A stretch of DNA of 34,528 nucleotides from Pseudomonadales bacterium (GTDB lineage: Bacteria > Pseudomonadota > Gammaproteobacteria > Pseudomonadales > DC-out160), in assembly GCA_016765265.1 (NCBI GenBank), contig JAESQG010000566.1, positions 1 to 34,528 of the forward strand, given 5' to 3'. The notes beneath the pieces are model-generated. The model was not told the origin of the DNA, did no database searches, and saw only the letters and a program-made list of their open reading frames with translations. Within the stretch, counting starts at the first letter, position 1, and each line of letters opens with the position of its first letter. This document shows positions 23,803 through 32,973 of this stretch, piece after piece. The translations under genes were made by a program, and so were the position numbers.

Positions 23803-25197
23803 ATGCACTATGACGCCATAATCATTGGAGCAGGAATGTCCGGGATAGCTGCCGGAATTCGCTTAGCAATGTTTGATAAAAAGGTGTGCATATTAGAAAG
23901 CCATTATGTGATTGGCGGACTAAACTCCTTTTATAATATGAAAGCTCGAAAATTTGATGTTGGTTTACATGCCGTCACAAACTATGTACCTAGAGGCACC
24001 AAGGGTGCGCCACTAACTAAGTTATTTCGCCAGTTAAGAATTCCATATGAAGATTTTAAATTAAAACCTCAAAATTATTCAGAAGTTGTTTTCCCAAATA
24101 AGAGGATAACTTTTACAAATGATCCTAAACATCTGGAAGAATCTATTGCTAAAGAATTCCCTCATCAGATAGATCAATATATCAAACTTATCGAATTTAT
24201 TTTAAGTTATGATAATTTGACACTTGATAAAGTAGAGACACAAACAGCGCGAGAGTTCTTAAATGAAGTCTTTACCGACCAGACCCTCATTGAGATGATT
24301 CTATGCCCATTAACCTATTATGGCAGTGCCATAGAAAACGATATGGAATTAGGCCAATTTGTGACTATGTATAAAAGTATTCTCCTAGAAGGCTTTGCTA
24401 GACCAGATGAAGGCGTTAGACAAATATTAAAAGTTTTGAAAAAAAAATACAAAGAAGTTGGCGGTGAACTTAAATTAAGAAATGGCGTTACTAAATTAAT
24501 TAGAAAAAATGAATTAATTACAGAAATACATACCGAAAAAGAGGAAATTCTCACGGCTGATTTAATCATTTCTTCGGCTGGTTACCTTAATACTTTAAAT
24601 TTAATAGATGGCTATGAACCCCAAACCCCTCAAAAGTTTACCGGCATGATGAGTTTCATGGAAAGCATATCTTGTCTTTCAAAGCCACAAACAGACTTTA
24701 ACTATGATGCTTCCATTACATTTTTTAATACCCGTGAAAATTATTTATATGAAGACGCCAAGGATTTCATTGATCCCTGTAGTGGAGTTATCTGCAGCCC
24801 AGGAAACTATCAACTGGATAAACCCATCGATGAGCCAGTGATCCGCATCACCAATATTGCAAATTTTAAATTATGGGAAGATTTAAAAACAAATGATATT
24901 GATAAATATTATCATCAAAAAGAAGACTCGTACCAAAGATCGTTAAAAGAAGTTTTTAAATTTAAAGATGATTTCACAAGTGCTGTAACCTTCACTGATA
25001 TTTTTACTCCTCATACTATTAAAAGATATACGGGCCACATCAACGGAGCCGTATATGGCTCACCGGTTAAAACCAAAACGGGTAAAACCCCCTTCGATAA
25101 TCTAGTAATTTGCGGAACTGACCAAGGGTTTCTTGGCATTATTGGGGCTATCCTAAGTGGCATATCAATCTCTAACTTATATGGTCTTGTGAAATAA
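23803..25197 (+). CDS. FAD/NAD(P)-dependent oxidoreductase, phytoene-desaturase (CrtI)-like family
   Basis: N-terminal dinucleotide fold YDAIIIGAGMSGIAAGIRLA...ILESHYVIGG. Its length of about 460 aa is typical of amine-oxidase/CrtI-like flavoproteins. Confidence 0.7.
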   Translation: MHYDAIIIGAGMSGIAAGIRLAMFDKKVCILESHYVIGGLNSFYNMKARKFDVGLHAVTNYVPRGTKGAPLTKLFRQLRIPYEDFKLKPQNYSEVVFPNKRITFTNDPKHLEESIAKEFPHQIDQYIKLIEFILSYDNLTLDKVETQTAREFLNEVFTDQTLIEMILCPLTYYGSAIENDMELGQFVTMYKSILLEGFARPDEGVRQILKVLKKKYKEVGGELKLRNGVTKLIRKNELITEIHTEKEEILTADLIISSAGYLNTLNLIDGYEPQTPQKFTGMMSFMESISCLSKPQTDFNYDASITFFNTRENYLYEDAKDFIDPCSGVICSPGNYQLDKPIDEPVIRITNIANFKLWEDLKTNDIDKYYHQKEDSYQRSLKEVFKFKDDFTSAVTFTDIFTPHTIKRYTGHINGAVYGSPVKTKTGKTPFDNLVICGTDQGFLGIIGAILSGISISNLYGLVK

Positions 25198-25497
25198 TTA
25201 GTTAATCACCTCTAAGTTAATCTTAAAATCAGAATAGTTACAACCTCTCAATTCACAGCCTATAAAAAGATACAGACTTATCATATATTAACGAATTAAA
25301 AAATTCATATATAAGGTCTCCCCTAAATAGAAATATTTCATGATGCGTTTTAATCTATGTAAAAAAATGAAAACTAATTATTAATTTATACAGCACTCTC
25401 GTTGCATCCTAAATTATTGATATAAATAGAGTTAGGATACAATCATCAGTATTTTCTATTTGAAATCTATTGTCTTTGATATTTTAAAAATTAAACG

Positions 25498-25537
25498 AAA
25501 TAATAGTCAGGATTCCACTATTAATATCCTTATAGTT
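25498..25537 (+). promoter_or_regulatory. candidate ECF-type promoter of the sigma/anti-sigma operon (shared motif, copy 1)
   Basis: AAATAATAGTCAGGAT-N13-TCCTTATAGTT ends 25 nt before ATG 25563. It has the same sequence and spacing as 27797-27835. Confidence 0.5.
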
Positions 25538-25562
25538 AAAAGAGAAACCTCTCAAGTAGAAA

Positions 25563-26075
25563 ATGATGACCAAAAGAGCTCAAATATTAAACAAGTTCAT
25601 GAAGGATCAGGCAAAATTCAAAGCATTTGCTTATACCATGACATTAGACTGGTCAATTGCAGAAGATGCAACTCAGGAAACAGCCGTTTATATTTGTGAT
25701 CACTGGGAAAAATTCAAACTGGGCACCAATTTTAATGCCTGGGCACGCACACTTATCAAAAACAGATGTCGAGAGTTATTACGTAAAGAATACATGGAGC
25801 AGAAAAAGATTCATAAGATCGCCGAAGTAATAGAAGACACTGTCTGGGATCAAGTTGAAAATATTGATGGAGAAAAAATAAATGCTTTACATAGTTGTGT
25901 AGAAAAACTTCCGGCAAAAACAAAAAAAGTGTTCATGATGTTTTATCAAGAAAAAATTAAATGCCAGATAATTTCTGACTTTTTAAAAATAACTGAAGAA
26001 GCGACATATAAGATATTAAGTCGCACAAGGCGAAGTCTAAAAACCTGTATTACAAATCAAATGAAAGAGCTTTAG
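25563..26075 (+). CDS. ECF-family RNA polymerase sigma factor
   Basis: Region 2 (DATQETAVYICDHWEKF...FNAWARTLIKNRCRELLRKE) and region 4 (LPAKTKKVFMMFYQEKIKCQIISDFLKITEEATYKILSRTRRSL) are both present. Confidence 0.85.
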   Translation: MMTKRAQILNKFMKDQAKFKAFAYTMTLDWSIAEDATQETAVYICDHWEKFKLGTNFNAWARTLIKNRCRELLRKEYMEQKKIHKIAEVIEDTVWDQVENIDGEKINALHSCVEKLPAKTKKVFMMFYQEKIKCQIISDFLKITEEATYKILSRTRRSLKTCITNQMKEL

Positions 26076-26080
26076 AGAAA

Positions 26081-27631
26081 ATGAATAACCAAACAGAATA
26101 TTTCAACCTACTATTAGAAAAATATATTGCGAATGATCTATCAGATAATGAAAGTCTGAAACTAAAAAAATTGCTTTCAAACAATATGAATTATCAAAAG
26201 AAATTTGCAGAGGCGCTAACTTTCGAAGCAACCATACAAAATGTTATGAATGACAAAAATGCTGCTCTGAAAGAAGCTGAACAAAATGGAAAAATAATTC
26301 CATTTAAAAGCAAAACAAAACATCGAAGTAGAAGATTTCAAAATCAAAAACAAGAATCTAAAACAAATAAAATTCTAATTGCCATAGCAGCAATATTTGC
26401 AATATGTATTACTGGATGGATATACAAAGACACTCTAACTCAATACAACAATATAGCTATGGATGTTAAAATTGATGCCATAGGACAAGTGCAATTCACA
26501 AGAAATAATAAAAACACAAATTTATATTCCTTATCTCAATTAAAACCAGGCGATATTTTAGAAACAAAACAAAGCGAATATATAAAAATTATGACTAAAG
26601 ATGGCTCTAGCATTTTAGTCAATGAAAACACAAAAATTGTTGTGGGTGAAACTCGTTTAAATGTCCTAAAAGGTGATATTTACGCTAATATACAAAAAGG
26701 TGAAATAAATTATTTTAAAAATTATAGTACCGATCAGCAGCACTCATTTTCCATTCAAGGTACTATTTTTGAGATTTCAAATGATACACAAAATAATACT
26801 TCTAGACTTTCAGTTGAAGAGGGGCAAGTTTTATTCGCAAGAAATAAACAACACAAAATTATATCAAGCAGATATTCAATCATATCGAATAGCTTAAATG
26901 GATTTGGAGAAAAAAGAAAACTTCTAAAAAATGAAATTATTGCACCTTGGATAAGCTACTATTCTTATTTAAAAAATTCTGACGTTATTTTTATTGATAA
27001 TTTTGATTCAAAATCAATTAGAAAGGACTGGACCATTACTAAAACCGGTCAGTGTGAAATAACATATCCAAAATTTAAATCTGTTGCAGAGTTAAAGGTT
27101 AAAGGCTTATCAAAAATAATAATATCTTCGCCAATTATTAAGCTAGATGATCAACCAATGCATATACGTTTTAGTGAGGATCAAATATATGGAGAAGGTC
27201 CTTTTGAATATGGCTTTGCTATTTATATGAATGGAGAATTACAATTGGAACAATCTATAAGGGTTAAAAGAAAATCAAACAATAAATTTCACTTCATTGA
27301 AGTTATTATAGTAAATGGTGAAAAACAAAAGGGGAAGGGATCATTAGTAAGCGCCCAACTGCCAATAATTGAGACATCTTTTCATATATCACCTAGGCCA
27401 AAAGACGACACTGTTGATAAAAAAGTAACCATAGATTATAAACAATCAATCAGTATGCCCGAGATTACGAGCATTATCAAGGGTGAAAATATTCAAATTA
27501 AATACTTCCTAAAGGGGCTTTCAAAAGACGCAAAAGCAAATTTTGGTTTAGATGCTTTTATAGTTACAAAAAGTAAAAAGCTAACCAACAAAATTATCGC
27601 TGAGTTTATACCCTATATCAAAATTGAATAA
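26081..27631 (+). CDS. FecR-type transmembrane anti-sigma factor with an additional C-terminal domain of unknown function
   Basis: It starts 5 nt after the sigma gene stop. It has an N-terminal anti-sigma helix region, one TM segment (ILIAIAAIFAICITGWIY), and a FecR-like beta region (GDILETKQSEYIKIMTKDGSSILVNENTKIVV ... FSIQGTIFEISN ... VEEGQVLF). About 230 further residues are unassigned. Confidence 0.7.
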   Translation: MNNQTEYFNLLLEKYIANDLSDNESLKLKKLLSNNMNYQKKFAEALTFEATIQNVMNDKNAALKEAEQNGKIIPFKSKTKHRSRRFQNQKQESKTNKILIAIAAIFAICITGWIYKDTLTQYNNIAMDVKIDAIGQVQFTRNNKNTNLYSLSQLKPGDILETKQSEYIKIMTKDGSSILVNENTKIVVGETRLNVLKGDIYANIQKGEINYFKNYSTDQQHSFSIQGTIFEISNDTQNNTSRLSVEEGQVLFARNKQHKIISSRYSIISNSLNGFGEKRKLLKNEIIAPWISYYSYLKNSDVIFIDNFDSKSIRKDWTITKTGQCEITYPKFKSVAELKVKGLSKIIISSPIIKLDDQPMHIRFSEDQIYGEGPFEYGFAIYMNGELQLEQSIRVKRKSNNKFHFIEVIIVNGEKQKGKGSLVSAQLPIIETSFHISPRPKDDTVDKKVTIDYKQSISMPEITSIIKGENIQIKYFLKGLSKDAKANFGLDAFIVTKSKKLTNKIIAEFIPYIKIE

Positions 27632-27796
27632 AATTAATCATTTCTTAAGGCTTGTCCTAAGCATTGAAATACTAAACCAATGAGGGGCACAATTGTTTCA
27701 CAATTTAAATACTAGCTACATTCTTTAGCCAAACAAAATATTAGTTTCGTATTGTTAATAATATTGCCGATTTCAAAATATATAAAAATTTTAAGC

Positions 27797-27835
27797 AAAT
27801 AATGGTCAGGATCTACCCTCAACTTTCCTTTAGTT
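27797..27835 (+). promoter_or_regulatory. candidate ECF-type promoter of the NAS-oxidase fusion gene (shared motif, copy 2)
   Basis: AAATAATGGTCAGGAT-N13-TCCTTTAGTT ends 36 nt before ATG 27872. Confidence 0.5.
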
Positions 27836-27871
27836 TATGTAAGAGGAATTTAATTTAGCTGAGGAAATCAA

Positions 27872-30301
27872 ATGACATCATTCGAAAAACAATCAGTCAC
27901 TAGCCATGTTGCTTCAGGAAATCAATTAAATAGACGATCGTCAAAAAGACCATCATCCGTCAGCTCAATCATAAAAAAGTTTGAGCTCGATGAATACTCA
28001 ACTAATATAATTGAAAAAGATAAATTCAATTTCTCAATTACTTCCAATAAAGAAGATCGAAAAAAATGCTATGAACTTGTCACAGATGTATACATGAAAA
28101 AAGGTTTTTTAATCGATAACGATTATCACTCTGTTATTTCTAATTATGACAACCAAATAACAACCGTTATCGTTTCCGCAAAGGACTCTTTAAATAATGT
28201 CATTGCCACCGTAACAATCGTACTAAATATTTCTGATTTACCTTGCTTCCAAACTTTTCCTAACGAAACAGAAAAATTAAAAGACAAAACTCTTGCTGAA
28301 GTTACTAGACTTGTCATTCATGATGATTACCGACAAAGTAAAGATCTTTTAATAGGTCTATTTAATTATGTATTTATCTATGCTTATAAAGTTTTCAAAT
28401 GTGATCACACATTAATAGAAGTTAACCCAAGACATGTACAATATTATAAACGATTTCTTTATTTCAGACCACTGTCTGACAAACAAGAATGTGCTAGAGT
28501 ACAAAATGCACCTGCCATTCTTTCTATCATTGATTGGGATACATTGAATACAATAGAAAATTTTCCACACAAAATTAAAAACTTAAAAAGATCCTTCTAT
28601 AGTGGATTACATTTACAAAAAACAAAATTAAATTCCATAGAAGAAGATATCAAAGAAGCAACTAAATTTAAAAAATATCAAACATCTAAAATCCAGAAAG
28701 ACATCTTTCAAAAATTCTATGACATCGTCGGCTTCGAAAATGTTAAAATAGATTTAGATACACGTTTTGAATATGGAAGAAGTACACTCGAATCAGGAAC
28801 TCTTCCTAAATTAATCATCCAGCCTGAAAATCATGATCAAGTAAAAGAAATCATGTCTCTTGCGAACGAAATTGTATGGGAAGTCCATCCCATCAGTACA
28901 GGTAAAAACTGGGGTTATAGTGATGCTTGTGCATTAAACAATGGAGTCGTTTTATTAGACTTAAAAAGAATGAATAAGATCTTTTCCTTCGATGCAGAAT
29001 TAGGAACAGTAGTCGTAGAGCCAGGGGTAACACAAGGTCAAGTGGCTAAATTTCTTGAAGACAATAATCATCCATTCATTATGGATGCTACCGGAGCTGG
29101 ACCAGACACAAGCTTGATTGGCAATACAGCCGAAAGAGGTTTTGGCCATAGTCCAAATGGTGACCGCTTTGCTAATAGTTGTGGCTATGAAATCGTTTTG
29201 GCAAACGGAGAAGTTCTTCAGACAGGTTTTGGTAGTTTCGAAAACTCTAAAGTGACTGACGTTTATAAATGGGGTGTTGGTCCTAGTCTTGATGGTTTAT
29301 TCACACAATCAAACTTAGGTGTCATCACTAAAATGACTTTTTGGTTAATGCCAAAACCAGAATGTTTCAAAGTGGCTTACTTCATGTTAAAGAACAATTC
29401 AGATATCGCTGAATTCATTGACCGCATTAGACCTTTGAGAATGGATGGCACATTAAAATCCGTCATTCATATTGGTAATGATCTTAGAATACTTTCTATG
29501 TCACAATCATATCCATGGGAAGAAATGAAAGGCGCTACTCCATTGGCTCCGAAATTAAGAGAGAAAATGATTGAAAGAAATGGTCTTGGTGCTTGGTCTG
29601 GAACAGCTGGGCTTTATGGATCAAAAGAACAAGTTAAAGCTGATATTAAAAAATTAAAAAAAGCTTTGAAATCTTTCAAAGGCATGAAAAAAATGATTAT
29701 TCTCGGCGAGAAACAAGTTAACTTGATCTCAGCAATTGGCCAAAAAATAAAAGACTATTCTTTTGGAAAAAAACTACACACTATTTCACATAAAATAAAA
29801 ATGGCTTTTGATCTATTAAAAGGTCAAAGTCCTGAAACATGCGTACAAGGTGGATTATGGCGCGTAAAAGATCAAAAGAAAAAAGACTCTATCAATTCAA
29901 GCAATCCATTAGATTATAAAGCTGGCTTTTATTGGATCTCTCCAATATTGCCAATGAAAGGTTCACACGTAACAGCCTTACAAAATTTAGTAGAGCCAAT
30001 TTTTAACTCATATGGATTTGATCTTCAACAAACATTAAGCATGACAAACGAAAGATCATTAAGTTCAGTGATGACAATTTCATTTGATAAGAAAAATAAA
30101 CAAGAAGCCTCAAATGCACGAAAATGTCATGATCAAGTTGTTGATGCCTTAACTGAAGCAGGATATATTATTTATAGAGCTGGTAACCACACAATGAAAA
30201 AACTTGATTGCCGAAAAGATGCATATCAGTCAGTTCTATCATCAATTAAGAATGCCTTAGATCCAAATAACATTCTAAGCCCAGGTAAATATAATATGTA
30301 A
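27872..30301 (+). CDS. fusion protein: FeeM-type N-acyl amino acid synthase (NAS paralog C, about aa 50-235) plus VAO/PCMH-type FAD-linked oxidase (about aa 290-809)
   Basis: NAS motifs: FNFSITSNKEDRKKCYELVTDVY, AEVTRLVIHDDYR, EVNPRHVQYYKRFLYF. Oxidase motifs: HPISTGKNWGYSDA, VVVEPGVTQGQV, LIGNTAERGFGHSPNGDRF, EIVLANGEVLQTGFG. These run collinear with the vanillyl-alcohol oxidase FAD-binding region as I recall it (ISIGRNSGYGG ... GNAVERGVGYTPYGDH ... VVLANGELLRTGMG). Confidence 0.75.
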   Translation: MTSFEKQSVTSHVASGNQLNRRSSKRPSSVSSIIKKFELDEYSTNIIEKDKFNFSITSNKEDRKKCYELVTDVYMKKGFLIDNDYHSVISNYDNQITTVIVSAKDSLNNVIATVTIVLNISDLPCFQTFPNETEKLKDKTLAEVTRLVIHDDYRQSKDLLIGLFNYVFIYAYKVFKCDHTLIEVNPRHVQYYKRFLYFRPLSDKQECARVQNAPAILSIIDWDTLNTIENFPHKIKNLKRSFYSGLHLQKTKLNSIEEDIKEATKFKKYQTSKIQKDIFQKFYDIVGFENVKIDLDTRFEYGRSTLESGTLPKLIIQPENHDQVKEIMSLANEIVWEVHPISTGKNWGYSDACALNNGVVLLDLKRMNKIFSFDAELGTVVVEPGVTQGQVAKFLEDNNHPFIMDATGAGPDTSLIGNTAERGFGHSPNGDRFANSCGYEIVLANGEVLQTGFGSFENSKVTDVYKWGVGPSLDGLFTQSNLGVITKMTFWLMPKPECFKVAYFMLKNNSDIAEFIDRIRPLRMDGTLKSVIHIGNDLRILSMSQSYPWEEMKGATPLAPKLREKMIERNGLGAWSGTAGLYGSKEQVKADIKKLKKALKSFKGMKKMIILGEKQVNLISAIGQKIKDYSFGKKLHTISHKIKMAFDLLKGQSPETCVQGGLWRVKDQKKKDSINSSNPLDYKAGFYWISPILPMKGSHVTALQNLVEPIFNSYGFDLQQTLSMTNERSLSSVMTISFDKKNKQEASNARKCHDQVVDALTEAGYIIYRAGNHTMKKLDCRKDAYQSVLSSIKNALDPNNILSPGKYNM

Positions 30302-30304
30302 TGA

Positions 30305-30321
30305 ATGGTAGCACAAGCTTC
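30305..30321 (+). promoter_or_regulatory. 17-nt motif ATGGTAGCACAAGCTTC, copy 2 (upstream of a sulfatase gene)
   Basis: It is identical to 15089-15105. It begins 4 nt after the stop of the NAS-oxidase gene and 107 nt before the sulfatase ATG at 30428. TAGCAC within it can pair with GTGCTA at 30327-30332. Confidence 0.35.
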
Positions 30322-30427
30322 TGACTCGTGCTATCCTTATATCAGAAACAATTCTCAATCACCCTACCATATTAAGATATTTTCGATAAGATGTGGCTCT
30401 TTCATTAATTAAATAAAGAGGCATCAC

Positions 30428-31960
30428 ATGAGCAAAAAACCTTTAAATTTTATTATTATTACATCAGACCAACAACGTTGGGATTGTTTAGGGAAATTAA
30501 ATTCCTTAGTTCCAACACCTAATTTAGATAAATTAGCTGATGATGGAATACTTTTTACCGATGCCTACTGCCCTAGCCCAACCTGTACTCCATCAAGAGC
30601 CTCACTATTAACAAGTCAATTACCATCAAGACATGGTGCCTACAATATAGGTACATCCTTGGATATTGATACAAAAGGGATCGCGCATCAGTTCAATGAA
30701 AATGGCTATGCAACTTCATTAATTGGCAAAGCTCATTTCCAACAGTGTCATGGATGCCCAGATAGTTTAGAATCTGAACCTAAAGTTCATAACTGGGATT
30801 TTTTTCAAAACTGGAATGGCCCTTATTATGGATTCGAACATGTTGAATTATGTATTGGCCATACAAACGAAAAAAAATCCGGCGGCATGCACTTTGGTCT
30901 TTGGTTAAAAGAGCAAGGCATTGATTTAGAAAAATATTTTAATTACGGACAATTCGATGCCTTCTTTGGTCATGGTAAGTGGGATCTACCAGAAGAATTT
31001 CATAATTCAAAATGGATCGCGGACAAATCCATTGAATTCATTGATAAACAAATTGAAGCCGACAAATCATTTTTACTGTGGTCTAGTTTTCAAGACCCTC
31101 ATGCTCCATGTTGGGTTTCTTCACCATGGGATACAATAGTCAATCCTGATGATATCCCATTGCCAAAACAATTTCCAGATGATGCCAAAAACAAACCACC
31201 CTTCTATGCGCCGTTAGATAGCGAAGAAAAAAATGGGTATCCTGCTTACGACAAGGATGAAACAACCAAATGGAATCATAATTTTGGAATTCCCCATAGC
31301 TGGTTTAATGTTTTTAAAGAGCCTGAAGAAATAAAAAAAATCACCGCGCTTTACTATGGGATGATTGCCCTCATGGATCATCATATTGGTCGAATGATAG
31401 ATGCTTTAAAAGAAAAAGGGATCTACGACAATACCGTCATTGTTTTCACTTCAGACCATGGAGATTATTTAGGACATCATAATTTATGGAATAAAGGCCT
31501 TCACGCTTACGATGATATTCAAAAGGTACCTTTCATTGCCAAGGTACCTGGCAATAAAACCAAAGGCAAACAAAGCACTACTCTTCAAAATTTAATGGAT
31601 ATCGCACCTACCTTCAGTTCACTAGCCAACTTTGACATAAATCGAAACTATGAAGGTGTTGATCAATCAACTGTTTGGTCAGGCGAAAATAAAAAAGTTC
31701 AAGATTGGACCATGTGTGAGTTTCGTCCCAATGAAATGGATTATCTCCAACGAACATTTATCACTGACGAATACAAGCTTGTAGTTTATATGAAAAAAGA
31801 ATATGGTGAGTTATATGACCGCATCGAAGATCCTGATCAACAAAACAATCTTTGGGATCAATCTGATTTTCAAATATTAAAAGGAAAGCTACTTTTGAGA
31901 ATGGCATCAGCCGATATGGAACGGGAGCGACATTATCAGCCCAGGACATCCGGTGCATAA
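30428..31960 (+). CDS. sulfatase (formylglycine type); no signal peptide
   Basis: LNFIIITSDQQRWD, the CTPSRASLLTS motif and TSDHGD are present. Confidence 0.9.
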   Translation: MSKKPLNFIIITSDQQRWDCLGKLNSLVPTPNLDKLADDGILFTDAYCPSPTCTPSRASLLTSQLPSRHGAYNIGTSLDIDTKGIAHQFNENGYATSLIGKAHFQQCHGCPDSLESEPKVHNWDFFQNWNGPYYGFEHVELCIGHTNEKKSGGMHFGLWLKEQGIDLEKYFNYGQFDAFFGHGKWDLPEEFHNSKWIADKSIEFIDKQIEADKSFLLWSSFQDPHAPCWVSSPWDTIVNPDDIPLPKQFPDDAKNKPPFYAPLDSEEKNGYPAYDKDETTKWNHNFGIPHSWFNVFKEPEEIKKITALYYGMIALMDHHIGRMIDALKEKGIYDNTVIVFTSDHGDYLGHHNLWNKGLHAYDDIQKVPFIAKVPGNKTKGKQSTTLQNLMDIAPTFSSLANFDINRNYEGVDQSTVWSGENKKVQDWTMCEFRPNEMDYLQRTFITDEYKLVVYMKKEYGELYDRIEDPDQQNNLWDQSDFQILKGKLLLRMASADMERERHYQPRTSGA

Positions 31961-32011
31961 AGATTAAAAGCTTTGGAGCGTATCAAGACAATGAAGCGCT
32001 ATAGGGTATTA

Positions 32012-32803
32012 TTAATTTTTAAAAAAATCTGTAAAATGTTTCTTATAGGCTTCACTGGCCTTATTAAAGACCTCATCAGAAGTTTTATTACTAAAAGCCA
32101 TATAAGGCTCACTTTCAAATGCAAGTAATACCATTTCTAATTTGCCTGAAGGAACATTTGTATTTTTGAGAATTGCACTCAAGGAATCTTCATGCTTCAC
32201 TATTAAATCGATTTGCCCATCAAGGAGATGCTTAACTGTTGCTTCATGAGGACTAATCAACGTTATATTTTTAAATTGATTGTTCTGTAAAAATATATGT
32301 TTATTACTCAATTGACCAGCACCAACTCGTAACTCTTTAAGATCATCAATTGTTTTTGCCGAAATATCTTTTCTTGATTTTAATTTATAGAAAAATACTC
32401 TATCAGATTTTGCTACAGGGCCAACCCATCTAAAAAGATTTTCTCTTTCTTTCGTTCGAACAATTGCAAAAATTAAAACATTTGGCTCACTCAAAGCTAA
32501 TTTATAAGATCTTGCCCATGGATATAAATTCATGCTATAGGACATCGAACTTTGATCAAGAACTGTCCTCACAATATTTGTTGCAGAACCTTTAATCACA
32601 TCATTTTCAATAAAGCTAAATGGCTTCCAGTCTTCTGTTACGACCTTGATGGTTTCATTAGTTTCTGGTGAAATCGATACATCTGAATCATCTGATTCAT
32701 AATCAATATCATAGGGTAGAGTTTTCTTTTCAAAACTTATATAAGAAAAGCCAACTACTCCAAGGATTAATAAAATTAAAAGGACGTTTGTCTTCATAGG
32801 CAA
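32012..32803 (-). CDS. periplasmic solute-binding protein, family 3 (orphan; no permease or ATPase gene in the window)
   Basis: It has an N-terminal signal/anchor (VLLILLILGVVGF) and SBP_bac_3-like features (WKPFSF, YPWARSYKLA, LIFAIVRTKERE). Confidence 0.65.
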   Translation of the reverse strand: MPMKTNVLLILLILGVVGFSYISFEKKTLPYDIDYESDDSDVSISPETNETIKVVTEDWKPFSFIENDVIKGSATNIVRTVLDQSSMSYSMNLYPWARSYKLALSEPNVLIFAIVRTKERENLFRWVGPVAKSDRVFFYKLKSRKDISAKTIDDLKELRVGAGQLSNKHIFLQNNQFKNITLISPHEATVKHLLDGQIDLIVKHEDSLSAILKNTNVPSGKLEMVLLAFESEPYMAFSNKTSDEVFNKASEAYKKHFTDFFKN

Positions 32804-32973
32804 TAATGTTACAAGTTTAAGAACTAGTATTTATGTAATAAGATTCGTACTCTATTATATCCTACAATTCTTACCATAATATGACCGATAATTAGATTAT
32901 TGACAACTTCACAGGGCAATACTTAGGATAGTAGATTATTTTTATTTGCATAATATGACTTCCTATTGAATTC

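Noticed and set aside
25460-25699. 79-aa ORF overlapping the ECF promoter motif and the sigma gene start
   Set aside because: It overlaps the better-supported sigma factor CDS out of frame, has no motifs, and would cover the conserved promoter element.
27686-27700. GGCAC-AATTG-TTTCA upstream of the NAS-oxidase fusion gene, resembling a sigma-54 promoter
   Set aside because: The -12 position reads TC instead of the near-invariant GC. The element is about 170 nt from the ATG. The gene also has a much better-supported ECF-type motif closer to its start. I kept it only as a note.
31773-31785. TACAAGCTTGTAG palindrome inside the sulfatase gene, resembling the core of the 17-nt sulfatase motif
   Set aside because: It is intragenic. 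Only the ACAAGCTT core is shared, and the flanking ATGGTAGC portion is absent.
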